Below, in pieces: positions 30,386 to 40,354 of a stretch of DNA of 64,000 nucleotides. The notes below the pieces were generated by a model. The model worked only from the letters and a program-made list of their open reading frames with translations, was not told the origin of the DNA and did no database searches. Source of the DNA: Cenarchaeum sp. (lineage in GTDB: Archaea; Thermoproteota; Nitrososphaeria; Nitrososphaerales; Nitrosopumilaceae); assembly GCA_963693095.2 (NCBI GenBank), contig OY843768.1:736001-800000 (forward strand), written 5' to 3'. The first letter of the stretch is position 1, and every line of letters begins with the position of its first letter. The translations under genes and the position numbers were made by a program.

Positions 30386-30442
30386 GCTTTGTCCACGAAT
30401 AGACGTGGACAGCAGCTCCCGGGAACGGCATGGCATGAAATT
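30386..30442. mobile_element. Left-end remnant of the IS481-related MITE family
   Basis: GCTTTGTCCACGAATAGACGTGGACAGCAGCTCCCGGGAACGGCATGGCATGAAATT aligns with 5118-5173. Confidence 0.55.
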
Positions 30443-30773
30443 CTAGAGGCGGCCAACAGGCCCTGTCATGTCGCCGCGCAGGGATATCCCCGGTATACTG
30501 GTGTGCGCCTTTGGCGCGCCTGCAAAAGGATCGCATGCTGGATGGGCCGTGCCGGGCTTGCGCCCCTCGGGACGTGCTCGCCGCCGCCGGAATCGCGCGT
30601 CCTGCCTGGGATGGGTTTGCGTCGGCATGGTGTTCTGGATGCCAGGTTTGGCCGTGCCGCAGGACCCGGCGCTAAACGGGCCTGGCAGTGCCACCTGGGC
30701 AGAACCACCAGTCCCGAGATCAGAAGACTCTGATGTGCGATGGCGCGCCATCTCACACGCGCATGCCGCGCAG

Positions 30774-33700
30774 CTATTCTGGGGGCGGCGCCGGATACAT
30801 CTCTAGGAGCGCAAGCTCGGCGAGGTTTATCTCGTGGGCGATCTTTGCGCGGAGGCGCTCGAGGTACTCCTGCTGATCCTCGGGCTCCGAGGAGACGACA
30901 TGGGCCGGCTCGGCAGTCGGTGCGGTCGGCACAACTCCCATGGCATGCAGGTGCTCCCTGGCGATCGCGCGCTCGTATGCGATGAGCTCCGCAAAGCTGT
31001 CGGTGCCGCGCGCCCAGCCATGCTGCGTCGCGCGTTCCTCGTCGTACATTGACTCGTCGATCTCGTGATAGAGCGAGGAGAGGTTGCGCAGTGGCTCGTA
31101 CGTGCCGGCCGGGGTGATGCGATAGACGCGGTACTCGTCGTCTAGCATGTACGTCACGTGGCGCGTGTCATAGTCGTACGTTCCGTCGCCGTCGGCATCG
31201 ACATTGCTGGCGATGAGCGGGTAAAGCACGAGCGTCCCGCCGTTGACCTCGATGCCGTGGCTCGGGTTTAGCGACTCGCCGGTCACGTGGACGCCGTGGT
31301 TGAAAAAGTTCTGCCACGAGTTGCGCCTCTCGTCCCAGACGACTGTCGAGACGACGTCAAAGTCCAGGGGCTCGCGGAACGTGTGGTGTATCGTGACTAT
31401 GCGGCACTCGGCCTCCGAGCCCGCCATGCACGCGCCGATCTCCGAGCTCGCGCGCAGCGTCTCGGCGTCTATCGTGTCGACTGCGCCGCCCACTGAGGCC
31501 GTCGCGTTGCCGTTGCCGTACGGCAGGCTCACCCTTATCTCGGCGCTCGACTCGCCAAAGTGCTGCCCGCGCCCCAGGCCAAAGGCCAGGCCGACGTGCC
31601 GGACGTTGAGCGGGCCCGTGTCCTCAAAGACCTTTATGATCGCGACGTTCTCGACTCCCGTCTCGACGGTTATGAGCGGCATTGGCGTGTAATAGTACTC
31701 GGCATCCACGGCCTCTCCGTTGTACGAGAACCCCTGGCTCACGCGCCTGGTCCCCGTGGAGTCAACTCCTAGCGTCGGCGGCGTGCAGTCATCGCAGCCG
31801 TCCCCGCCGCCGCCGCCGCCGGCTCCGGCCTGCGTGGCGCCAAAGCGCGTAAAGTGGTTTGTCCATATCACGAGATCCCCGCCATCGCTCACGCGGCACT
31901 CCCTGAGCTCGATGGCGCCAGAGCCAATACCTCTCGGCACCCCAGAGTCATCAAACGATTCGCACTCGGGTATGGAGTGAACGGTTAGGCCATCTGCGCC
32001 GGACAGCCAGAACGCGTGAGCCGCAGCGCCGGCACCGAGCAGCCTTATTGCCACAGGCCTGTCAAATGTCATCGGAGTCGCATCACCGCTCTTGCCGAGC
32101 TCGACGAGCGTCGCCGGCGGCCTGGAGGCCAGAACCCTGGTCACTGCCTCGTTGGCCGCAGTCTCCTCCTCGTCTGCTCCCATCGCCGCAACATACTCGG
32201 TGTCGCGCGCCGGGGGCGGGAGTCGCACGACGACGACGGACTCGTCAGTGTCAACATCCCCAAAGTCCTCGACCACCGTCGACTGGCGTAATGTGACAGT
32301 CGCCCCGTCCACGTTCACCGTTATCGTTCCGGCTAGCGTGTCACTGGGCAGCGAACTCAGGATGATCCTCGTGCTCTCGCCCAGCTCGCCTCTCTCCTCC
32401 CCCACAGCCTCGATTGTGTACTCGCCTGTGGCAGGCACGGTGAGCTCGAGCGCGCTAAGAGTGCCGCCAGCCTCGACCAGGGGCGCCTGCATGGTCGGCA
32501 CGGGAACAAGCGGGTTACCGGCCCTGTCAGTCAGGCCCGATATGCTGATTGTGAAGGGGCCAAAGTTCACGCGCGAGTGATCTTGTCTGATCGTGTGCGT
32601 GGCAGCTTCGGGAGCTATGGTAAGCGTAAAGGTATGGACCTGGCCAAGTGAGCCAGTCGACACTATACTGGCTACGCCGTGCACAGGCTCGGTGTATATT
32701 GTCAGCTGATGCGTATTTCCCGGTGGGCGAAACACTTGGAGGAACTCTGGAGGCTCGGTGTCTATGACGGCGTTGCCTCCGGACGTGATGTCCGACTGGG
32801 TCAGTTCCAGGGCAGTCGCGGGGTTTGCCCCTGTTGCGCGTATGGCAAACTCTAATGGAGCATTGTCGTCGGCGGCGTCCACCACGAACGAGTGTGACCA
32901 CGTCCTGTCGTCGGTGTCACCGGCGTTGTTCATCGCCGTCGGCGCGTTTGTCCTGTGCGTGCCTGGCACCGTTATCGTCGGTGCCGGTGACGTTACGATA
33001 TCCTCGCTGAACGTGACTTCGAATGTGATCCTGTCACCGACGTTGGCGTGCTGTGAGGTTGCCCCTGTCCTGTCCGTGAACGAGCCGCTAGCCTCGTCTG
33101 CGACGGTCAGCGTGAGCGGGTACGCCGAGAGCGGCGCGTCATCGGCAATGTCGTTCGTTGCCGTGCCGGTCACCAGGCCATTGGGTGCCGTGGACGCGTC
33201 AAGTATGTCCGGCTGCTCGGAGGAAGGGACGTCATAGCCCAGCGCAGCCGGCGTGATGGTCGTGTCGCCTGTGCCCCAGCCGGTTGTGATCACGGTCGAC
33301 TCGGCCAGCGTGAGCGTGAGCGTGCGCCCGTCAAGCTCCGCTGTTCCAAAGTTTGTGCCCGCCGTGACGGCCGCGGCGAGCTCTGTTGCCGTGGGCAGTG
33401 CCGGCGAGGTCGTCGCCGTCGCATAGTGGTACCAGCGCGAGGCGTCAGGCCCGCCGGCGGCGGCCGTGACGTCCTCGTCAAACGTGACCTCTATTGACCT
33501 GGGAGACACCGTCTTGGCCGTAAAGAGCGGCGGCAGGCCGTCAATTGCCGTCGTGCGCCCCGCGATGGGCGTGCCGTCAGAGGCCAAGAGCACCGGCATT
33601 GTCTGGCCCGAGGCCGGCCTGTACGCGATGTGGGGGGTGGCATCAGAGGCCTGCGCGTCATACCCGATGTAGAACGTGAGCGGCTCGGTGTCTGTGCCTT

Positions 33701-36700
33701 GGCATATGCTGGTAATGTCAAACGGCATGGCTGACACCGCCGTCGGGGCGCCGCCGCTCGTGCACACAGCCGAGAACGCAGTGGCCTGCGTCCCGCCGGT
33801 TCCGTCACGCGCCGTGCCGACAAACCACTCGTTGAGGTGGATGTTGCCCGTGACCATGCTGGTGAACACGATCCTGACATAGGTCGAGTCTGCCGCCCTG
33901 TGGGTCGTCGCCGTGTATGCGGCCGGCGGGATTATCTCCAAATACTCTTGCGTCACCTGCGTGCCGGCCGCAAGCGAGTTGGGCACCGTGGCCTTGTCCG
34001 TGACTTGGCCGAGGCGGATCATATAGGTGTCTCCAAGTGTCGCAGGATTCTCGAGGTTCATGCGTATAAAGCGATCCGAGCCGGGCTGCGTGAGGCTGAC
34101 CGTGCCAAGGCCAGGCGAGATGCTCCATCCGGCAGGCGAGGATGGCAGCGCGACGCCTTCGGTGAACGTCACGTGCACGGTTGTGTGTGAGTGGAACCTG
34201 ACAGTGTCTATGGAGGGCACGAGCCGGTCCGGAGCGATCACCGTTGAGCCGCTGGCCAGGGGGTTGCCGGCCCCGTCACTCAGGCCAGTGCCCATATACG
34301 TCACAGTAGGCGCAAAGCTAGTGTCAACGTCCGCATCCGCGTACCCTATGGTCACGAGGTCGCGCGCCGAGTTGAGGGTCGTGCTCGTGACTGTGACTGC
34401 AGTCGTGCCCTCGGCGACTCCCCAGTCTGCTAGAGCCACCGTTGCGCCTCTAGGCAGGTTCTCGGACAGCTTTACGGTCAGCGACGTGGCTGACGTCGTC
34501 CTCGTGTCAGCGTCTGTGAGCATTGTGGGGGGCGTGCGGTCTATGCTGACGCGGTATCCGGCACCTGCTATGGAGCTGCCGTCAGCATTAGTCGCGCGGG
34601 TCGTCAGGTCAGCGTGCGTGAATGTTGCCGCGTTTCCCTCAGCGTCCCTCACGGTGATGCTGAACGTGACGTCGACCTCTGGCGAGCTGCTCGTCACGGT
34701 GTGCGAATAGTTGTACTGTAATGGGGCAGATTGAAATGGCCTGAACATGTGCGAGGCAGTCACCGGCGAGGCCGAGTCCGTAAAGAACATCGCGTCGCCA
34801 AGAGCCGCCACGTTATTGTTAGTGTTATCATTATACAGTGGAATGAGCGTGTTGCCGACGTAGAGCGGCTCGGTGACTGTTACGTTAACCCACACATTAT
34901 CGTTTAGGCGGGCAGGAGCCGCGAGGTCCATCTTGAACATGCCCATCTCCTTCTTTGTCATGTGCAGCGAGTTTCCGGCTGCCAGTTCGGGCGGCGCGCC
35001 GTCACTGGCCTCAGTCGAGTACGACAGCACGGCATTCACGCCATCCGTCAGGGTTCCGGCCACATACATGACAGACGGCGTGGCCGCCGTCGAGGAGAGC
35101 GGCCCGTGCGTGATGAGGAGCTCCGTGACGGCAGGACTCGACGGTATGGCCGGCGTGGCTGCGTCACCGGCCCCTTCCGAGGTCTCCGGCGTTGCAGTCA
35201 CCTTGCCGGAGGTGGCCACAGTCGCCACGCTCAATGTCGTCAGCGCCACATTGCCTGCGTCACTGGCCGCGTCGTTCTCGGTGACCGTCCAGTTCATCGT
35301 GTCAAGCGTGCCTCCAAGGCTGCCATCAAACGTGACCCTCGTTGTGGTCAGCGTCTGCGTCTCGGCCGTAAACGAGTCCGCAGGCGTGATCATGGACGAC
35401 TCTTCTGCGCCCACCGCGTTGGCAGGCTCGGCCATGTCCGCTATATCACCGTCTGGAATCACCGTGTACTCCCTGTTAGCCACGATCTCCGAGCCGAGGC
35501 TGAGTGTGTACGTGAGCGGTGTTGCGCGCATGGCGGACAATACGAGTATCTCCACAGGGGAGGCGGAGTTGTCTTCTTCTTCTGCCACAACCCAGTCGTT
35601 GTCCGTGCCTTCGGTGCCCTCGACGTACGGGTCGAACGTGTCCTCTATGTTCTCCACAAACGTGACGGGCTCGGTGAACGTGACGTGCAGCAAGGTCGGC
35701 GTGGATATCACGGAGGACGATATCTCTGGGGGTGCCGTGTCAGCGGCGGTGGCCTGGCTTGTCGTCAACACTGTAGTGCCGTAGGTCAGGTCGCCATCAG
35801 TGGCCGTGTATGTCACCTTTGGCGTCGAGGCCGTCGAGGCCAGGCCGTCGTGCGTTAGGATGATCGAGCGGAGAAGGTCACCAGTGCCTTCGAGAATCCC
35901 CGTCGCCGCCGAGACTGCCGTGACGCGCCTGTCCGTGCCGGCCTCGGTCACGGCCCAGTCGTCGGCATCCAGTGTGCCGCCCGGCTGGAGCGGGAACGTC
36001 ACGGCGATTGTCCTCGAGTCTATCGTCCTGGCCGTAAAGGCCGCCGGCGGGGCGTCCCCAAATGCCGTTGACACCGAGCGCTCCGTGACTGCGTTGTCCT
36101 GCGCGTCGGCCAGGCCGGTCGACGGCAGGCTGACTGTGTGCTCGACGCCAGTCGTGGCCGCAGAGGCCAGCGTGATGGTGAGCGTGTTCGTGCCTGCGTT
36201 GTACGCCGGCGATCCCGCTGCCTGCGGCACGGCGTCCGGATCGCCGCCGGCGTCGTCCCCGTCAGGCACGGTCACGGCGTACGTCAGGGTCGCTATCGTC
36301 CCCGCGTTGGCCATCGCCTCGCCAAAGTTGACCGTGATCGTGTCAGCCGCGCCAAACGAGGCCACGGGCGTCGGGGGGGCGCCGTCTGCGGCCATCCTTG
36401 CCGCCTGTGCGGAGAGCGCGTTGCCCACAGGATCCACGATCCCCGGCGGGGCGTTCGAACCGGTCGGCACCGTGTAGGTGACCGGCGGCGTGGCCCCAGT
36501 CGACGCCGTGTCCGCATGATACAGCGTTAATGCGCCAGAGGGCTGGCTGCCGGCATGCGAGGCCTGATGCCCTCCAACTTGCCATCCAGCGGCGCGCTCT
36601 CCGGCGACAGGCAGCACGACGGCCTCGCTGAACGTAATGTCCGTCCCGGTGCGGCTCACAGTCTTTGCCGTGTACGTCGGAGGCACATTGTCGACTGCCT

Positions 36701-39700
36701 CGGCGTTGTGATACGGCACGGAGAGTCCCTGGGCGGCCGACGGGCTACCGCTCACCCCTGGGGGCAGGCCGATTTGGGGGACGAAGTTGTGCCTCACATT
36801 TGGCGTGGATCCCGTCGATGAGAGCGTCGCGTGCGTGATTATCATCTCGGTCGCCGTGTTCGATGCAGGCAGCTTCAATGTGGGAAGGAGTTGCGATTGA
36901 GCCGCAATCAAGGACGTGGTGCCCAGCACGAGTGAGGATATCGGCCTCCTCTCGGATGTCCCCGGATCACCGTCATCATCATCAGTCACTATCCAATGGC
37001 CAAGGTTGAGAAAGCCGCTAGTCAACGGCGGGCCAAAGAACGACACAGTCGTTCTCGTCGGCGAGTCTGTCACTGCCGTGAATGGCGGCGCAGTCGCCAT
37101 GGCAGTCGTGGTCGTCAGGGCGTTGCCAGACGTGTCGGCCAGTCCCGTGGACGGCAGTGCCACCGCGTACACGTCGCGGTGTGTCGCCGTGCCGGCCAGC
37201 ATCAGCTCCAGCGTGTGCGTGAGTGGGTTGTACTCGTGTGGCCCGGACAGCGTCACTGCTGTCGAGTCCTCGGTCACCGTGTAGGTGAGGCCCGCTATCG
37301 TCTCCGGACTGGCAAGGGCCTCGCTAAAGGCCACATTGATCACGCCGGGTGCCCCAAATGACGCGCTCGCCGTGGGCCCGATGCCGTCGGTGAGGGGCAC
37401 AGACGATCCGGTGCGCAGGACGACGCGTCCTGACGCGTCAATGACCCTGTTGGAGGCCGTGTCGGATCCCGTGTACAGCAGTACCGTGCCGGCGGCCAGG
37501 TCGGTAAAGTCCAGTGCCTGCGTGCGCGTGAGCGTGATCCTGTCGGCGGCGACATGGCCCGTGTCAAACGTTATGCCGCCGCCAATGGTCCACTCTGAGC
37601 CCGTGAGGGCAATATTGGCGTCGACTGCCCTTGAGAGCGTCGCGCTCACCTGCGTTGGCGAGTCGAGTGTCGCCGAGACCAGCGTCATCGGGGTGCCGTC
37701 GACGACCGTTTTTGGCGACGGTATCTCACGTGTGCGATCAACCAACATCAGTTCATCCAGCGTGAACGGGTCGGTGTCCATCGGGTCGCCGCCAGAGTCG
37801 GCCATGGCCGTCTGTCCTGCCAAAAGCGTCGCCGGCTTTGCGAACATGATGCCCGGCATTGATGTCAAATCCAAATTCGATATTGACTCGTGCCTTAGCG
37901 TAAACGCAGTCGCCGAGTCGAGCTCTACTGTTGGCGTGCGCAGCAAGTCGAGTGTGCTGTGCTCGCCGGCCCTGACTGACTGGATCTCCACGGTGACCGG
38001 ACCGTCAGACGTCATGCCACTGAGGCTCCAGTCAGCGGCGCGCAGCGTCCCGCTCACGGCCTCGTCAAGCCTGACTACTGTCGTGCGGTCGCCCGTCAAG
38101 AGCGCCACGGAGATCTCGGGGGCAGGCGAGTTAACGACCGAGATCCCGGATCTCCCAGCGGACTGGTTTGGCGGCGTGGCCCTATCCGCAAAGTTCTGCG
38201 CATCGGGAATGTATTCGCCGCTCTTGAGGCGCTGTGGCAGTGTCCCAACCACCTCGTTGGGGTTGGTCGGCGAGACCATGAGATTGGAGCCCCCAACAGA
38301 GCCTGCAACAGGTCCTGTTGTGCCGACCGCGGTGTGCACACGTATAACGGACTCTGGAAGCACAGTGACGGGGCCACTGAATGTGACTCTCACGCTCGTG
38401 CCATCACTGCTAACAGATGGGGGACGAGTGGTAATGCTCACCTTGTCGACTGCGACGATATCCCACACCCCGGCGCCCAGGTCCGTGCCGCCAAACGCAA
38501 GACCCCCAGTGGCCGGCGAGGTGTACCTGATCGTCGGCGTCTCATCAGGACCCAAGCCGTCAGAAAAGGCAACGCGAATGTCAAAGTCTAGCCTGTTATC
38601 TATCGTGGACGTGACACCTCTACCAGCGGATGAAAAGGGATGTCCAACTGCCGTAACGGGTATTTCCCTCGTAGAATCAGGGAGGTTGATGATGACGAAC
38701 TCGGATGCGCGAATCGTGCTGCCGACCGCATTGGACTTGAGAACTGCAAAATAGCTGTTATCGCCGGTCTTGTCCACACGGAACGGCGGCGTGTGCGTCT
38801 GTGTGCACGTGGCGGCGCACGTTGCGGGGTCAAATGGGGTGCCAGCGCTGTTCTCGAATGTCGGCGCGATGGTGTAAACGACGCCAGGGATCGCATTGGC
38901 GCCTAGCGTGGCCGTGACGATCATGGCGGTAGTACGCGCAACACTCGACACGGTGATCACGTCTGGCAGGGTGTCTGCGTCATGGGGAGTTAACGTGTTG
39001 TCAGGCGCCGTGACCCCAAGGTTGGACGTGGTGACGGTGGACATGTCGATGGTATCGTCAAACGTCATGCGAATCGCCTTTGAGCCCGTAAACTCTGCAG
39101 AGCTCAAAACCAGCGGCGCCGTGTACGTCAGTTCGCACGTGGCACCGCACGTTGCGGGGTCAAATGGGGTGCCATAGCTGTTCTCGAATGTTGGCGCGAT
39201 GGTGTACGCGACGCCGGGGATCGCATTGGCGCCTAGCGTGGCCGTGGCGACAAAGGCGGTAGTACGGACAACATTCGACACCCCGATCATGTCTGGCAGG
39301 GTGTCCCCGTCAGGGGGAGTTATCGTGTTGTCAGGCGCCGTGACCTCAATGTTGGACGGAATGACAGTGGACGTATCGAGGGTACTGGAAAACTGCATGC
39401 GAATCGTCCTTGGGCCCGTAAACTCTGCAGAGGACAGAGCCAGCGGCCGCGCGTTCACCAGGGCATTGTTGCCAGACGTGATCTGTGAACCTGTTATCGA
39501 TCCCGTCCCCGTTGAGGGGTTTGTGTTTGCGGTGGGAGTTGCCGTGTCCGTGGCCACGATGGTAAAGGTGAGGCCGAAACTACCGCGGTCAGCGGCATCC
39601 ACAACGAACGAGTGCGACCAGGTCAGGCCATCAGAGTCACCGGCGTCGCCCATCGCCGTGGCCGTCGGTGTCCTGTGCGCGCCAGGCACCGTTATCGTCG

Positions 39701-39950
39701 GCGCCGGCGATGTCACGACGGCCTCGTTGAACGTCACGGCTATGGTGACCCTGTCGCCGGCGTTCGCCCAGTTCAAAGTACCTCCCGTGCGATCCACAAA
39801 GGTGCCGTCAACATTGTCGGCCACGGTGACTGTGAGGACGGTGACCCCCGGAGGCGTCGTGTCTGCCCCCTGGGCCGTCGCACCGCTGACAGAGGCGGCA
39901 AGAAAGAGCGACATGATCGCAAACGCCAGTGTTGGCACTGCAGCCCGCAT
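30774..39950 (-). CDS. Giant secreted surface protein with Ig-like/SwmB-like repeats (3058 aa), copy 2
   Basis: Colinear paralog of 20955-30137 (offset about 9.82 kb); near-identical signal peptide and C-terminal domain. Confidence 0.9.
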   Translation of the reverse strand: MRAAVPTLAFAIMSLFLAASVSGATAQGADTTPPGVTVLTVTVADNVDGTFVDRTGGTLNWANAGDRVTIAVTFNEAVVTSPAPTITVPGAHRTPTATAMGDAGDSDGLTWSHSFVVDAADRGSFGLTFTIVATDTATPTANTNPSTGTGSITGSQITSGNNALVNARPLALSSAEFTGPRTIRMQFSSTLDTSTVIPSNIEVTAPDNTITPPDGDTLPDMIGVSNVVRTTAFVATATLGANAIPGVAYTIAPTFENSYGTPFDPATCGATCELTYTAPLVLSSAEFTGSKAIRMTFDDTIDMSTVTTSNLGVTAPDNTLTPHDADTLPDVITVSSVARTTAMIVTATLGANAIPGVVYTIAPTFENSAGTPFDPATCAATCTQTHTPPFRVDKTGDNSYFAVLKSNAVGSTIRASEFVIINLPDSTREIPVTAVGHPFSSAGRGVTSTIDNRLDFDIRVAFSDGLGPDETPTIRYTSPATGGLAFGGTDLGAGVWDIVAVDKVSITTRPPSVSSDGTSVRVTFSGPVTVLPESVIRVHTAVGTTGPVAGSVGGSNLMVSPTNPNEVVGTLPQRLKSGEYIPDAQNFADRATPPNQSAGRSGISVVNSPAPEISVALLTGDRTTVVRLDEAVSGTLRAADWSLSGMTSDGPVTVEIQSVRAGEHSTLDLLRTPTVELDSATAFTLRHESISNLDLTSMPGIMFAKPATLLAGQTAMADSGGDPMDTDPFTLDELMLVDRTREIPSPKTVVDGTPMTLVSATLDSPTQVSATLSRAVDANIALTGSEWTIGGGITFDTGHVAADRITLTRTQALDFTDLAAGTVLLYTGSDTASNRVIDASGRVVLRTGSSVPLTDGIGPTASASFGAPGVINVAFSEALASPETIAGLTYTVTEDSTAVTLSGPHEYNPLTHTLELMLAGTATHRDVYAVALPSTGLADTSGNALTTTTAMATAPPFTAVTDSPTRTTVSFFGPPLTSGFLNLGHWIVTDDDDGDPGTSERRPISSLVLGTTSLIAAQSQLLPTLKLPASNTATEMIITHATLSSTGSTPNVRHNFVPQIGLPPGVSGSPSAAQGLSVPYHNAEAVDNVPPTYTAKTVSRTGTDITFSEAVVLPVAGERAAGWQVGGHQASHAGSQPSGALTLYHADTASTGATPPVTYTVPTGSNAPPGIVDPVGNALSAQAARMAADGAPPTPVASFGAADTITVNFGEAMANAGTIATLTYAVTVPDGDDAGGDPDAVPQAAGSPAYNAGTNTLTITLASAATTGVEHTVSLPSTGLADAQDNAVTERSVSTAFGDAPPAAFTARTIDSRTIAVTFPLQPGGTLDADDWAVTEAGTDRRVTAVSAATGILEGTGDLLRSIILTHDGLASTASTPKVTYTATDGDLTYGTTVLTTSQATAADTAPPEISSSVISTPTLLHVTFTEPVTFVENIEDTFDPYVEGTEGTDNDWVVAEEEDNSASPVEILVLSAMRATPLTYTLSLGSEIVANREYTVIPDGDIADMAEPANAVGAEESSMITPADSFTAETQTLTTTRVTFDGSLGGTLDTMNWTVTENDAASDAGNVALTTLSVATVATSGKVTATPETSEGAGDAATPAIPSSPAVTELLITHGPLSSTAATPSVMYVAGTLTDGVNAVLSYSTEASDGAPPELAAGNSLHMTKKEMGMFKMDLAAPARLNDNVWVNVTVTEPLYVGNTLIPLYNDNTNNNVAALGDAMFFTDSASPVTASHMFRPFQSAPLQYNYSHTVTSSSPEVDVTFSITVRDAEGNAATFTHADLTTRATNADGSSIAGAGYRVSIDRTPPTMLTDADTRTTSATSLTVKLSENLPRGATVALADWGVAEGTTAVTVTSTTLNSARDLVTIGYADADVDTSFAPTVTYMGTGLSDGAGNPLASGSTVIAPDRLVPSIDTVRFHSHTTVHVTFTEGVALPSSPAGWSISPGLGTVSLTQPGSDRFIRMNLENPATLGDTYMIRLGQVTDKATVPNSLAAGTQVTQEYLEIIPPAAYTATTHRAADSTYVRIVFTSMVTGNIHLNEWFVGTARDGTGGTQATAFSAVCTSGGAPTAVSAMPFDITSICQGTDTEPLTFYIGYDAQASDATPHIAYRPASGQTMPVLLASDGTPIAGRTTAIDGLPPLFTAKTVSPRSIEVTFDEDVTAAAGGPDASRWYHYATATTSPALPTATELAAAVTAGTNFGTAELDGRTLTLTLAESTVITTGWGTGDTTITPAALGYDVPSSEQPDILDASTAPNGLVTGTATNDIADDAPLSAYPLTLTVADEASGSFTDRTGATSQHANVGDRITFEVTFSEDIVTSPAPTITVPGTHRTNAPTAMNNAGDTDDRTWSHSFVVDAADDNAPLEFAIRATGANPATALELTQSDITSGGNAVIDTEPPEFLQVFRPPGNTHQLTIYTEPVHGVASIVSTGSLGQVHTFTLTIAPEAATHTIRQDHSRVNFGPFTISISGLTDRAGNPLVPVPTMQAPLVEAGGTLSALELTVPATGEYTIEAVGEERGELGESTRIILSSLPSDTLAGTITVNVDGATVTLRQSTVVEDFGDVDTDESVVVVRLPPPARDTEYVAAMGADEEETAANEAVTRVLASRPPATLVELGKSGDATPMTFDRPVAIRLLGAGAAAHAFWLSGADGLTVHSIPECESFDDSGVPRGIGSGAIELRECRVSDGGDLVIWTNHFTRFGATQAGAGGGGGGDGCDDCTPPTLGVDSTGTRRVSQGFSYNGEAVDAEYYYTPMPLITVETGVENVAIIKVFEDTGPLNVRHVGLAFGLGRGQHFGESSAEIRVSLPYGNGNATASVGGAVDTIDAETLRASSEIGACMAGSEAECRIVTIHHTFREPLDFDVVSTVVWDERRNSWQNFFNHGVHVTGESLNPSHGIEVNGGTLVLYPLIASNVDADGDGTYDYDTRHVTYMLDDEYRVYRITPAGTYEPLRNLSSLYHEIDESMYDEERATQHGWARGTDSFAELIAYERAIAREHLHAMGVVPTAPTAEPAHVVSSEPEDQQEYLERLRAKIAHEINLAELALLEMYPAPPPE

Positions 39951-39972
39951 ACTGCCGCCCTCTCAAGACGCG

Positions 39973-40027
39973 AGTATATAATACCGTTGGTGGGTTTGCG
40001 CCCAAAATGCCCCCCCCCCCCCCCCCC
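39973..40027 (-). promoter_or_regulatory. TATA box (TTATATA) with upstream G18 tract (C18 on +, 40010-40027)
   Basis: Same architecture as the promoter of copy 1, with a different tract length. Confidence 0.6.
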
Positions 40028-40354
40028 ACATACAGGCACCTGCCGAGCCGCAAGGCCGTCTGCGATCAGCAGAGCCTCGGACAGTGGCAGACACGCACGG
40101 GGGCAGGGGCGCCACAAGGCCAGGCGGAAAAGCACCCATTCCAGCATAAACCCAGAATCCCACCGGCAGACAAAAGATCCCACGGGCCATAAACCCCCCT
40201 CCCATGCCATTGGACCATCATCCCCACAGCCACAGCCCCACGCGTGGGCACACCGCCATGAACGGCGAGCCGGCAGAACCCCCACAGCCACGCCAACGGG
40301 CCGCTGCCAGGGCGCCCCAACGGTTTTAACACCAAGGCGCGCGCGCGCGATCGC

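Noticed and set aside
20955-39950. Many long + strand ORFs (up to 489 aa) opposite the giant genes
   Set aside because: These are antisense shadows of a GC-rich, Thr/Ala/Val-biased coding strand with no independent motifs.
17146-39950. Diversity-generating retroelement as the source of variable patches
   Set aside because: No reverse transcriptase or template repeat is in the window, and inspected differences (e.g. ATA/ACG, AAG/AGC) are not confined to adenines in either copy. A remote template cannot be fully excluded.
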